A DNA stretch of 64,000 bases from Octopus sinensis. Its lineage: Eukaryota. Shown one piece after another: positions 37,252 to 49,891 of the stretch (its first letter is position 1; each line of letters begins with the position of its first letter). Below the pieces are notes generated by a model. It was not told the origin of the DNA. It searched no databases and saw nothing but the letters and a program-made list of their open reading frames with translations. The stretch lies in the NCBI RefSeq assembly GCF_006345805.1, contig NC_043013.1:57226001-57290000 (forward strand), read 5' to 3'. A program made the translations under genes and the position numbers.

Positions 37252-39294
37252 TACGTGTATGCACACACACACATGTATGTAAGTATGTATACATGGTTTT
37301 TACGAACTGTCTTCCTAATTTGTGCGTGTTTCCATGAATTTCATACAGTTGTTAACACGTGAACCATGGTTCTTCTCTCTCCTCTATCTCATATTTATTA
37401 CAGCCTGCTCAATCTCTGAGCAAACCAGTCCAGCGATTTTAGTGGTTTATGTTTTTTATAAGTAAATATTTATATATCGAGTGAAATATTAATGTTTCCT
37501 CTAAATATTCGCGTTAACAATGACGAATGGGTTGCACTGTGTACATACATTGATATTTCCTCCTCTTGAAAATGTTTCGTAAAGCATTTGTTGCTTTATT
37601 TCAGATTTGAAGGAAGAGAAAACAAATGCATGCAAGGGTCCTAGATGAAGAAATATATCATTTACTGTTTTATAATATATCGCTATGGTAATCCATCGCA
37701 ATGATAATACATCTTAGAAATTAAACTGTCATTAATTTACTTAATATCATTAATTTAAATGTTTTACTAGTTTCTAACGAATTTAGACTCGTAAACTAGA
37801 TGAAAATTGCAATTTTAATTCATCTTCATGTCATGTATAGATTGTATTTCAGTGATTTGTAAAGTATCTCGTTGCTGTTTATAAATAGAGAACATATAAA
37901 AATGAAACTTGTTCGACTGATTGAGTAACTATTAAATCATAACTCTGTATCATATTTCACAAAGGTTCTCTTAACGGTACAAAAGAACTCTACTCGAAGC
38001 AGGTTTTAATTTTCACCATCCTTTCCTCGCTATCAATGTGTGTGTGTGTGTGTGTGTAATAACATTTTCCCATCACATTACCATTGATATTTCAGCTAAC
38101 ATCAAATTATTGGGAAATGCAACGAGGGCCAAGGAAAGCAAGCCAGGGCTACAAGTCCGTGGGACAACGAAAGACATATACTTTTAAAACTAATAAAACA
38201 GAATCTAAGAGGACAGGTGAGGGTCTGTGTCGGTAAGACTTTCACATTGGGGAGAAAGTAACAGGAAGTAACAAAAATCGTACAGTGAAATTGCCGTTGG
38301 AGCTGTGATATCCAATAATCACCACAATATATATCTTTAGAGTAAAGATAAAGAAAAGGAAATGAAAGAAAGCCAGCAGAGTTTTGCGTCCTCCAAGCTT
38401 GCGAAACTGGCAGCAGCTGATGAGGAATGCAAGACAACGTAGCTTCATACGTAGACAAGAAGCGATAGGAGGGGGAAACTTGTTGAAATGGGGAGAAGGA
38501 AAGAGAAGCGAGTAAAGCCAGAGGGAAACTGAAGCGAGAGAGAGCTGGAGGATAGAAATGGGTTAACGGGATTGAAAGAAGGTATACGAGTGGAGAAAAA
38601 TTATTGACTGAAACCTGTCGGAGGCTAAGTTCTGAGTTTGAATATGAAATGCTGTTCATTTAACTTCCGAACAAGCAATTTCGATTAACTCTTTCTCTAA
38701 CTTTAAAACAATTAGTTTGAAAAAAGCAAATGCTTTTGGATTTCTTTTCAACGAAATAAATGACATGTCTTAAACTATCGTTCAAAAGTAAATACCCAGA
38801 CACATTCATACTGATAGGAAAACACAAGCTGAGTGTTAATTCTTCACTTTCTGCATTTGTTTCCTTTCTGTATAGTTAGGTAACGCCACGTAATATTTAT
38901 ATGATTTCCTTGATTTTTTACACACACGCACACACACACCTATACATACTCACACACACACACACACACATACACACATTCACACACACACACACATAAA
39001 ACATCTAAACAGTTTTGCTTCTTGTTATATATTGTGTGTACTGAACTATAATTTGAATGTTCACATGAATCTTTTTCCTTCCGCTACACCAATTTTGACA
39101 TGTCTTTTGATTTGGTTTTCAATATATTAGAAAGTTCCCTCATGGTTAACCACTCTATTAGAAATAGAACCTAAATATCCCTCAAATCATACATTTCTTG
39201 AAAATAAAAAAGAGTCAGATTTTATGTTGCAAGTGGCCTTAAATATTCTTCTTTTAATGTGTGACAACAATTTCCTTCATTCACTAAACTTAAA

Positions 39295-39830
39295 TACAAG
39301 GTGTATTTCAGAAGATTGTAGACATTTTCAGGAAGAATTTTATCAATTTCTAAGAAGTACAAAACTCTAATCTCCTTTAAAATACAATCCTCTAACTTCA
39401 ATGAACTTGTTGTAGCACGCCAGCCACTCCATGAAGGCCCCATGAAGGTCCCATGGAAGTCCCCCGAAGTGAAGATGTCCAAGATCTTTGTCACAGACTC
39501 TTTCATTTCCCGAACGGATGCCTCTGAGGTTCTCCTTCAATTTGGGGAACAACCAAAAGTTACAGGAAGCCGGATCTGCGCTGTAGGAAGGGTGATGGAC
39601 AGTTTTGATATGTATGTCCTGTCAAGTATTCGGGTAGGGTCAGGATGCTTGTCACTGGGCACTCTGGAAACAAACATTGCAGATATTTTGCACATGTTCA
39701 AACCTTCATGAACAATTAGGTGTCCAGTTGCCACACCAGCTCCAGCATGACCAGTATTTGTGGTATGATGTTGTTAGTGATTGGTTAAACATCAAATTCC
39801 ACGTAGCATTCACCAGTTCCTTAATTAAAA
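39295..39830 (-). mobile_element. Internally deleted mariner element
   Basis: LNMCKISAMFVSRVP; IKTVHHPSYSADPASCNFWLFPKLKENLRG; EWLACYNKFIEVRGLYF; TIR-like TACAAGGTGTATTTCAGAAG at 39295. Confidence 0.8.
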
Positions 39831-40075
39831 TATTGAAGTATTCTCTTCACTACCTTTTTTTCTGTGGCAATTATTCATTCCTAAATTATAGTTCATATGT
39901 TTAGGGGTGTAATTTGGATACATTAATTTCTTTCTCCTTATTACACCATTTGTGTTAATAACCACCTCTATCACCGAATAATGGTCAAACAAAAAATGGC
40001 GACTCGAAAAGAAGAGCACGTTATACAAAGGGACAAGATATATTATTTTTACCGCTGAATACTTGTGAAAGAGCA

Positions 40076-40125
40076 TAATACTTTGTATGAATGACTATAA
40101 TACTTTGTATGAATGACTATAATAC
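40076..40125. repeat. 22-bp tandem repeat, two copies plus a partial
   Basis: ATAATACTTTGTATGAATGACT x2. Confidence 0.9.
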
Positions 40126-40299
40126 TGTTACTACTGAACAGTTATAGGGTTTTTTTTTATGAACGATACATTTCGGTTTTATGGTTTAGAAACATACCAA
40201 AATTATGTAATAAGGAAGCTTTGGAAAAATCAAACCACTGCCTATAAAGGCATCCATCAAAGAGGGACCATTTTAATTCCCTTTCAATGTCACCGTTTC

Positions 40300-40800
40300 T
40301 TTTTAATGGCTTTTTAATCCTTTAGCAGAATTCCTCAACATTGTTAGTCCACGCAGCCGTAATGCAGTCAATAAAACGACGAGAATGATTAACTGTAAGA
40401 TATTGATAATTAAGTGCGACCAATCCATTATAGGCACACCATTCATCCGTAACCACTTTGGCTCGGAGAGCAACCCATTTCTCAACAATTGGTTTTAATG
40501 TTGCTATACATTTACATGTCAGGTAATCCTTTTTATTGTTATCATACATTCCAAACACCGAAAATTGTTGAACAACTCGACCTTGGTGATTTTTCTGTTT
40601 GAACATTAGAGATTCGTCCAGCTGCACTTTGCCGCCATTTTCACCAAACTTATCATCAACGTGAAGTAATTTCCATGATGTTATGTCTCTGAAATATTGA
40701 TTCTATTGTAATCCAGTTAGGCAGCTCACTCCATAAAGTCCTTCAGTAAGGTCATTGTGGTTTCGGTGATCCATAAAAAAAGAAACATGAATATCCTTAT
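40300..40800 (-). pseudogene. Merlin (IS1595/ISXO2-like) transposase remnant
   Basis: VQLDES..KQKNHQGRVV...VFG...VVTDEWCAYNGL...YLTVNHSRRFID..TAAWTNNVE matches the Merlin DDE pattern. Confidence 0.8.
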
Positions 40801-41220
40801 TTCAGAAATGGTAATGTTACTGAAGTCACGAAACTATTGAATATTGACCGAGTCAGGCCATGGCCAATGTATTCACTAATCGCAGCACTATGTCCGTTCA
40901 AAAGTAATCGTCCGTAAAAATGTTGGACACCAATGGAGAGAACATATTCATTCATGTTATTCACTGGAATCAGTTCTTAAAATGTTTGAATAAAAGATAA
41001 GACGGCCATGCGAGGATCGTATTTGATCGCAGGTCTGTTCAGCGAGAGCTAACATAGAACTAATAACGCACTAAGGCAGCCCCAATATACGGTCGACGGA
41101 GATGCTAGAAATATATATTAAACCCCACCCTACTAAAATAAGGGAAGAACAAGAATGGATAATGTAGATGATACACCAAAAAAAGACAGAAGAGTCGTGG
41201 TTGGAAAGGTTTTGATGACA

Positions 41221-42543
41221 CAGGGGTTGGACAAAATAATGGAAACACCTTAAAATTTCAAACAAATTACTTTTAATATGGGGTAGGACCGACTTTAGCA
41301 GTAATTACAGCTTGAATTCTATGAGGTATGGACTTGTACAAAGTTTTGAATTGTTTCCAAAGGAATTTTTGTCCATTCTTCAGATTAAACAGTCTCAGTT
41401 CTTGTAATGATGATGGGAGGATATCGACTCCTTAATTGCTTTTCTAAAATGCACCATAGAGATACAGGGTTTGGACGAAATAATGGAAACACCTAGCATC
41501 ATAGCATCATAATTTTGAAATAATAATATTGAGATTTGGGGACTGTGGTGGCCAGATAAGGTGTTCAACTTCACTAGAATGTTCCTCGTGCCATTCAGTA
41601 GCAACTTTAGCTGTGAGAATTGGTGCATTATCATCCTGAAAGATTGCGTTTCCCTCCGGACACAGTTCTGCAACCATAACATGAATTTGATCAGAGAAAA
41701 TACTTAAATAGACTTGATTATTAATTCTGCCATGAAGGGAAACCATTGGGCCGGCGGATTTCCAAGATATGATCCCCACCCCACATATCGTAACAGATCC
41801 TCCTCCATGTTTAACAGCTGGAAGAAAGCAGTCTTGGTCAAATGCTTCTTTTGGCTGTCTCCACACGTATACTCGGCCAGTGGTCGAAAATAGGGTAAAA
41901 GATGACTCGTCCGAGAAAATGACATTCTTCGGACCAATTCTGGAGGTTTTTACTCCACTCTAAACACTTTGCAACGTTTGTTTTTGAAAATAGTGGTTTT
42001 CTGATTGCAGCACTCCCGTGAAATCCGGCTTTGTGCAGCTCCCGGCGAACAGTTTTAGTGGAAACTAGGTTCTCAATGTGGTTATTAAACTCTGCAGTAA
42101 TTTTGGGAGCTGTACTTTTGTGATCCTTTCTAACAATTCGTGTATGAGTCCAACGGTTCCTATCTGAAAGTTTTGGCTTTCTTCCAAAATTTTGTTTCGA
42201 CGACGAGGTTTTTCCCTCTTTCTCAAAGGCTGTCATTACTTTCCAGACAGTACTTCTTGATACACCAAACATTTCGGCTGATTTCGTTGCGGTAGTGCCT
42301 GCCATAAGTGTATCAACAATTTGACCTCTTTGAAAGTCCGATAGATCTGTCATTTTAATGAATTTAATTACCTTTTTCTGATGATATCTGAAAAGAAACA
42401 GCAATTTTAGCAAAACATATTAAGCAACACAGATAATAAATAAAAAAAAACATAAAAATAAACAAGCTTTTGACAGTTTTATAGATATTTCAAAATTATG
42501 ATGCTATGATGCTAGGTGTTTCCATTATTTCGTCCAACCCCTG
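41221..42543 (-). mobile_element. Tc1-family DNA transposon with an extra internal inverted terminus
   Basis: Termini CAGGGGTTGGAC(A/G)AAATAATGGAAACACCT; TA flank at 42544-45. Confidence 0.92.
41280..42353 (-). pseudogene. Tc1 transposase (frameshifted, interrupted at 41456-41522)
   Basis: MTDLSDFQRGQIV; GRKPKLS; RKPL; FSDES; VKHGGGSV; FQDDNAP; WPPQSPNLNII; C-terminus ...SIPHRIQAVITAKVGPTPY. Confidence 0.9.
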
Positions 42544-43791
42544 TATCTCTATTCAATGCGGTATGACCTAGGAATAACAGCTTCATTAATAACGAGTCCT
42601 CTGGGAATCTTTTATGTTTTCAGTTGATCTGGTAGAAATCATAGCTGTATTTTCTTCTAATCAAATCCTAAGCTAAAAGGATAGACACAGCTGAACCGTT
42701 ACTGATCTATGATTTGCAGGAACAGAGTTGAGCTGGGACCGAACAACTACAACAACAAAAGCAACACCAACGGCAGGAACAGCGACAACAGCAACAATGC
42801 TAGAAATCAATGTATGAGTCTGACTTGCTAGAAATAACTACCAAATATCTGCCTTATCATACTTGTAAAACTATCTCGTAAAATTAAGTGTACATTGGAT
42901 AGTGATGTATTTCTAGATATCTTTTCGGGAGGGTCATTGTTGGAACTTTGTTCCTAGTTCTGTAGGATCCCGGCTAAGTTGGAACTAAATAGCAATTAGG
43001 AAGAACTCATTATATAATGTAGTCTTAAGGCAGATCATGTCGGAATTACAAATCAGAGGATGCACAGCAATGTAGACAATAGGCGAGTCCAAGTTGATAG
43101 GAAGCTTGTTTGGCCATGAAGAAGCCGGAATCCAACCCTATGTCCTGGCGTCTTGGGTAAGTGTATTTTACAATAGCCACAGGTCAATCAACACTTTACA
43201 CGTGAAAGTAGGTGGAGACTATGTGAAAGCTCGTTCTATTGAGTGTTGCCATAATTTATATGAACAGCTTCATCGCCATATTAGCGCACCCGTTTCCCCA
43301 ATCTATTGTGGAAACATGAGCGGTCATGAGAAAATATTACCCTACTTGGAAGCAGGTGGAGGTTGGCAGCAAGAAGAGTACACCCTTTCGTAGAAATTCT
43401 GCCCCAACGAATTCCGCATGACCCATACAATCAGAGGAAATTGAAGGTGAAAACAACAATGACGATGATATGTGTGTGTGTGTATATGCCCGTGCGCGTG
43501 TACCATTGCCATGTTAGCTCCATATACACACATTTTATCTAACAGCCCCCCACTAGGTACACACCAACCGATAACAGGGACATGCATACTCGCTCGCCCA
43601 TAAACATGTCAATATGTACATACTATGCCCACATACACACACTTTTGCCAGGTTACTGTTACCTCTCCTGCCACACATTTCTCTAGCAAATCCCTTCTTT
43701 ACGATCAAATCGATATGTGCAACCGTTAAGGTATATACAATTTTTCTCTCTCCATTTTCTCCTTCTCTCCATATGTCTTCTCGTCTTATAC

Positions 43792-43827
43792 CTTTCTGTA
43801 GAAGAGTGTAGGCTCGAAACATCAAAG
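43792..43827 (+). ncRNA. Degenerate minimal Penelope-type hammerhead
   Basis: CTTT-CTGTAGA-A-GAGT-GTAG-GCTC-GAAA-CAT-C-AAAG. Confidence 0.5.
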
Positions 43828-44055
43828 ACTTCCGTGGTTCTTGAGCGCCAAACTTACATACCTTATTTTTTGTTCCCTCCCCTTGTTTCTGGCTTTTGTT
43901 ATGTGTGTGTGTGTATATATATATATGTGTATGTGTGTGTGTGTGTGTGTGTAGTTAATAAAAAAAATACGAAGAAAAAAGACAACCAGAAAGAAACAAC
44001 AAGACGTGGTAAATGCAAAGTATTAATAAGACGCTCAGAGAAGGAACGAAATGGG

Positions 44056-44092
44056 CTTTTACGTTTCGGGCAAAGCTTTTTTCTTCAGAAAC
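44056..44092 (-). ncRNA. Degenerate minimal Penelope-type hammerhead
   Basis: TTT-CTGAAGA-AAAAAGCTTTGCCC-GAAA-CGT-A-AAA; helix II eroded. Confidence 0.45.
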
Positions 44093-44701
44093 AGGAGCCA
44101 GAAGAAAGTCCAAAGGAAAAGGAAGACAGAGGAAGCAATCGCAAACAGTCCACGTGGTTACATTTACACACACAAACAGATGGATCGATGGGTGGATGGA
44201 TAGATGGATGGAGGGATGGATCTGCTTTTAGTTTGTCTTGTTTTCCTTGATGTTTTTTTCCCAAGTCTGAAAGGGCCCCATTCATTAGCATATTCCTTCC
44301 ACGCATGCCGTTTCCTAATTCTGTCGTATGGTCGAAAGGACGTCAATGTTTATTTCATATTTGTTTCTTGTGACTACATTCCTTTTTTCTTTCTTTTATA
44401 TATTTTCTCATCCTCTTCATAACTCGTCCTTTTTATTGTTCAGTCTAGAGACCCCCCGTCTCTATTTTGTTTCCTTCTTTTCTAATTTGTCTCAGTCTAT
44501 TCTTCATATTCGCTCATTTTTATCCCTTCGGCTTATTGTTATTTATGCCATCAAAAATGAACAATACTATCGATAAGGTGTCCAAATTGGAAGGATTTTG
44601 GGTTGATAACTGATGAGAAATAGGTGTTTCCACCGCTGTTGTTTTGTTTCCTGTTTCCGTGCCATATTTTACTATAGTTTTTTTTAAATATATACATATT
44701 T

Positions 44702-45107
44702 TAGGAGTGGCTGTGTGGTAAGTAGCTTGCTAACCAACCACATGGTTCCGGGTTCAGTCCCATTGCGTGGCATCTTGGGCAAGTGTCTTCTGCTATAGCC
44801 CCGGGCCGACCAATGCCTTGTGAGTGGATTTGGTAGACGGAAACTAAAAGAAGCCTGTCGTATATATGTATATATAAGTGTGTGTGTATATGTTTGTGTG
44901 TCTGTGTTTGTCCCCCTAGCATTGCTTGACAACCGATGCTGGTGTGTTTACGTCCCCGTCCATTAGCGGTTCGGCAAAAGAGACCGATAGAATAAGTACT
45001 GGGCTTACAAATAATAAGTCCCGGGGTCGATTTGCTCGACTAAAGGCGGTGCTCCAGCATGGCCGCAGTCAAATGACTGAAACAAGTAAATGAGTAAAGA
45101 GTAAGAG
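44702..45107 (+). mobile_element. Full-length SINE family 1
   Basis: Near-identical to 10896-11302. Confidence 0.93.
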
Positions 45108-46529
45108 TATATATAGATGTGTGAGTGCATTTGCGTGAGTGTGTGTATGTGTGTGCGTGTGTTGTGTGCCTTTTCTTACAAAATAAAAGGCTTTTTTGTC
45201 CATTTGTCTTGATCATAAAATTTCTTCTGCTTCAGCATTCCTCCTGTTTTTACCTTAAAGAGAGTATTTCCAAAATAAGGAAGAGAATAATTACTTTTTC
45301 TGTTCTGTAAAGAGTATTTCTCATCTAGTTCCATTTATTTTTCCTTTCTTCTCTTGCAGCAGCAGACCAATATTCTCTCCGCTCCCAGCTACCTTTTTTT
45401 TTCTCCTGCATTTAACTTTTGCTGATGTTCATCTGATCACAGCTAATCCTAACTGACAGATTCGGAACATAAATCTCTCCGAAAATTCTCTTAAATTCTC
45501 ATTATGTTGCTACTGGTTCCTTCTATCATTGCATCTGTTTCATTTGATTTGATTTTTGTTAGAATGTTTTCAGGTTCCCATCTAAATTGAGTTAAACTTG
45601 ATATTAACCATTTGTGGAAGCTGGTGCGTGAATGTGTGCTCTGGAATATTTTGTCTGACAATGTCATTGGTAAACTGTATGTATAATACGTAAATTCCTT
45701 AGTTGGGGCTTCTGAATTCTATATACACCCACCAGGGATTTCTTCAATTTTGTTGCGGGAAATAGTTTCATTTTGTTTATAATTCCTGTATCAGATCAAT
45801 CTCGGACATCAATCAGGGATTTATGACTGATTTTGTTTGTCGTTGATTTTGATGACAATCAGTGCATAGTTACTTTCTAATTCTTCATGTTTAGAGCAGA
45901 AAAGCAAAGAATCGCCATACCACCGTCCATTCACTGGACTCAATTTGGCTTATATATATTTCGCCCTACATTTGCTTGGTTGAAATTTTCAATAATTTCA
46001 TTATTATTATTATCATTATCATCTCCAATACTAATCTCTCTCTCTCTCTTTTTCATTATTCTTTATAATCTAACAATTTGTTTTGGTATCATATAGGAAG
46101 AACCTATACATAAATTAGCTAAAAAATATATAAATGCATAATTGTTAATGTTGTAAATTAGTTTCCGAATTGATTATTTAAAAAAACAAACAGATTTCAT
46201 CATTTTAATTGATGTTTTACTGATTTTTAATGAGAGACCATGAACGTGTTTTATTAAACAAAAATAATTAGTTTAAAAACCAAGCTAATATAGTAATAAT
46301 TCATGTCGTGTTGACGGAGTAGATAAGTCACTGAAAATATTAGTATTCATACGAACTGCACACATGCACAGAGTGCGATTTTCCAGTAAAGAAACTTTAA
46401 TTGCTTGAAATAAATAATATAAAAGTATTTTTAAAATAAAGCAGAAGTAAATGAGGTGTCAGAGCGTAATTAAGGCAGCAGAGGGAAGTTGTGTATAGGA
46501 GTTGGGCGAAAAGTGTCAGAAATGAGAAG

Positions 46530-47731
46530 CACCGCGTCGAGTCAAAAGTTTTCGTATTTCAAGCTTTAATTTATTACTGAAACAAATTACACACACAAAG
46601 CATTTATTCATCAAAATATATCGCATCACATTCTATTGTCCATTGTCATCGTTATGTCAGAAGCTCAAGTCCATGCTTGTATCATTTGATTGGTTTGGAG
46701 GCAAAAAACACTCTTCATTCGTTTTCAGTCTCATTGACATTGTTAAACCTCGTTCCGTGTAGAAAATTAACCATGGCTCGGAAAGGGTTTAGAGTCTGAT
46801 AGTGAAAAGTGAGACTTCCAACTGTATTTAATTACATTGGTAGAGTGTGATGGGACATTGTCATACTGTTGGAGTTTGCATCTTTGATTGACTGATGCTC
46901 AGTAGTAAGCTTTCAAAACATCATACATTCACTGCAGGTTTTAAGCATAAAGGTTAGCGTTCGCAGCATAACCATCTGGGACAAGCGCAAAGAGCAAAAT
47001 TCCCCCCAAATTTCATCAAATTCACAACATGATCTTCTACTCAAACCACCCTTGTTTGACAACAGGTTCTAAAACCTGACTGGGACAATACCACTAATTT
47101 CTCTTGCTGAAATCATGCAAAAATATCCATTTGACATTCTCTCTTACAATTCGACACCGAAAACGGGCATCTCGAGGATTTGCCAGAAGCTCTTTACAAA
47201 TGTTCACACGTCGTCGAGATTTTCGAAGGCATCTGTTCACAAGGCCGAGCTTAAGGATGTGTCGGTTGAAGGTGCTTTGTAAAGGGTCAAGTTCTTCCGG
47301 TAGTGTACGAGTGCTTGTGCTTAGTTTGTTTTTCAACCCTTTCAATCACGGCCTCACCTTCCACAACAGGTCTCCATGACCTCGATTTACCTTCAAGGCC
47401 GGTGTCTACTTCTTTGAAACCTCTGAACCAGTTTTGTACCACACGTTCGTTGATGGTTCCTGGACCTTCCATGGCATTAATTTCTTTTGCTGCTGCCTCT
47501 TCACTCAGTCCGTTTTCCTACAGGTAGAATAAAATGGCTCTAATTGCAAGTTTCCCCCCACCCACCCATTATGAAAGCTGTAAAATGAATAATAAATGAT
47601 TAATGTTTATATGTTATACAAACATTCAGCAACGATTGAACAAGTTGTAACAAATTAATGATATAATATGGAGATAGAATTGCTGAAAATCATCAATGAA
47701 AATCCAGAAACACTTTTGACTCAGCCTTGTA
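46530..47731 (-). mobile_element. Decayed mariner element
   Basis: AKEINAMEGPGTINERVVQNWFRGFKE...GKSRSWRP; STSTRTLPEEL; RRVNICKELL; degenerate TIRs sharing GAGTCAAAAGT at about 46539 and (inverted) 47713. Confidence 0.8.
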
Positions 47732-48002
47732 AATAGAGCTTAAGCAAGAAGAAGATTAGGCAGAGGAAGTGAATGATAATCTCAGAAGAATGGATCGCTA
47801 AAACGAGATAAGAAACGACAGTAACAAGTTGAGAGATGTTGTGATGGATCTATCCGAATGTAGCAGTTTGGAAATGCAGAACTAAAGAAATGGTGACGAC
47901 GAATAGGGCGACAACAAAGACATCGAAGCCGTCGACTCCAGAAGCACTTCTTCACCACAAGGACGTTGACGACAACGGTGACGTCATCAACAAAGACGTA
48001 GA

Positions 48003-48038
48003 TAATGATGATGACGACGATGACGACGAAAAAGACGT

Positions 48039-48090
<52 letters not shown>

Positions 48091-48110
48091 AATGATGATG
48101 ATGATGATGA
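48003..48110. repeat. (GAT/GAC)n microsatellite
   Basis: Visible. Confidence 0.95.
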
Positions 48111-49694
48111 TTGCATGCATGAATATACGGAGGAGAGATAAATTGTGTAATTGTGTAACAAGTTACCTGAACGTTTTCAGTTAAATATGAGGACGAGTTT
48201 ATTAATTGTTGCTTTTGTGGTTTAACCCGCGATAAGCACCGCAATGAGTGTCCAACGAACAAAAGCATTCCAATCCCGACCATTCCATCTTTTGCTATAT
48301 CCAGGACTGCATTATACAATATTTCGGTCTTGTTTGCATAAGATAGTAGAAAGTGAATTGAGAGAAATGTGGCTGCTATATCTGACACATTGGATGACCA
48401 CATGGTAGCACCCTTGTGACGCAATAAGTTGTCGTCTCAAAGCAATTGTAATTGGGGCAAGCGTGTGACATGTAGGTGACCCACTGAACGACTGGATGTG
48501 ACTTATGGTGTGCAAGTTGTTACCAGAAGCGCTGGGCATGACTCTGACCTATTGATCAACTCAATTTAATGAGAACTTGGCTGCTTTTTCTAGCTGGTCA
48601 AAAGTGTACAATGAGACACCTTGTGCTGCGAATGTTGGTGAACAAATGTATGACCATAAACATCCTGATCATGACTATCCCGTCAGATTTTGAAATCTAG
48701 CGTGCCAAGTAAAGATTCAGACGTCTTCTTATATAGCAAGTAACTATAAAAGGTGAAGTAAGATGGATTTAGTCAGATCATAGCAGCTGTAGTTCTTTTT
48801 GCACTTGGTATTAGTTTAGAGAGATTGAAGGTTGGCTAATAGAAGCTGCAACAATAATTAACAATGGCAGATAGGGAGCAGGAATCGTGTGACCTTTGAA
48901 GGTTTCAAGATAAGATCATGGAAAGTTTTATCACAACATGAAAGCCTGTTAACTACACACCTGGTTGACTCATTGCAGGAAAAGAAGAAAACAAAAATAC
49001 AAGCAGATAATCCTTTTACACTGATGGTAGTAATAGTAACAATAATTCGCCTTCAATATTTAAGCAGCGCTGGATAATTTAATAGCTGAAACGATAAAAT
49101 CTGGAATGCAAGGCAAGTTATGACGGTCTACAACAGTAAAATTTGTCCATAAAAGAGTCAATAGAAGTAATTGGTCTTAGTCTGTGTATTGTGTATGTTT
49201 AATTTAACAATATCATTAGAACAACATCTGATATCTTTGACGATATCATTAGTACAAAAGGTAATTAGCCATTAACTTTCTAATGGACACATATATCTCT
49301 TTCGTCATTAATATGATATCGTATACGCTGTGTATTGTTATTATTGAGTGGGAGAATACAATGCTCGGCCATCAATAGCTGGTGTCTCTAAAGGCCCCAT
49401 TGTAAACTAATCTCGCGTCTATGGCAGTATTATTCTTACTATTGAGTCTCGTTCGTATAATTTACATGATTCACAAGATGAGCGGTTAAGTTATGGCTAT
49501 CCGCTTTATAAATATATGGGAATTTACTATATTCCTCAACAAAATGTGAAACATGAAAAGTTCATTTGATTTTACTTAGAGAATGTATAGTAAAGAATGT
49601 GGGAGAAAATATACACGAGACTGCCGAAGACCTTGCTGTTTTCCATTGTTTATAGTTTCGATTATTTTGCAGCTGCCTCACTGTGTATGTATGC

Positions 49695-49751
<57 letters not shown>

Positions 49752-49790
49752 AATAAATGAAAGAATGGAGTTGAACGACGAATTAACAAA

Positions 49791-49891
49791 ATTCCTTTAT
49801 TTTCGACATATGTTTCGAAGGCTGCATATTCCTAATTTCGAAGGAATAAGGGGTGCATTATGCCGCCTTCTCATCAGGAAAAACAAGGAAC
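49791..49891 (-). ncRNA. Type I hammerhead ribozyme with intact core and extended helix II
   Basis: TTCCTT-GT-TTTTC/GAAAA-TA-AAGGAA helix I; CTGATGA; GAAGGC/GCCTTC helix II; GAAA; ACATATGT palindromic helix III; GTC triplet (cut between 49805 and 49804). Confidence 0.88.

Noticed and set aside
38390-38430. GAAAC...CTGATGAG as a type II hammerhead
   Set aside because: No room for helix III, NUH and helix I between the motifs, and helix II does not pair next to the core.
43094-43393. 99-aa ORF in a slightly GC-richer patch
   Set aside because: No motif recognised in any frame; probably a decayed TE that I cannot classify.
10817-44932. Recurrent ORFs such as ...RQASFSFRLPNPLTRHWSARGYSRRHLPK... 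(10817, 13050, 31196, 44684)
   Set aside because: Antisense translations of SINE family 1, not a gene family.
45200-45880. Possible decayed LINE linker region on the minus strand
   Set aside because: No diagnostic RT or endonuclease motif visible.
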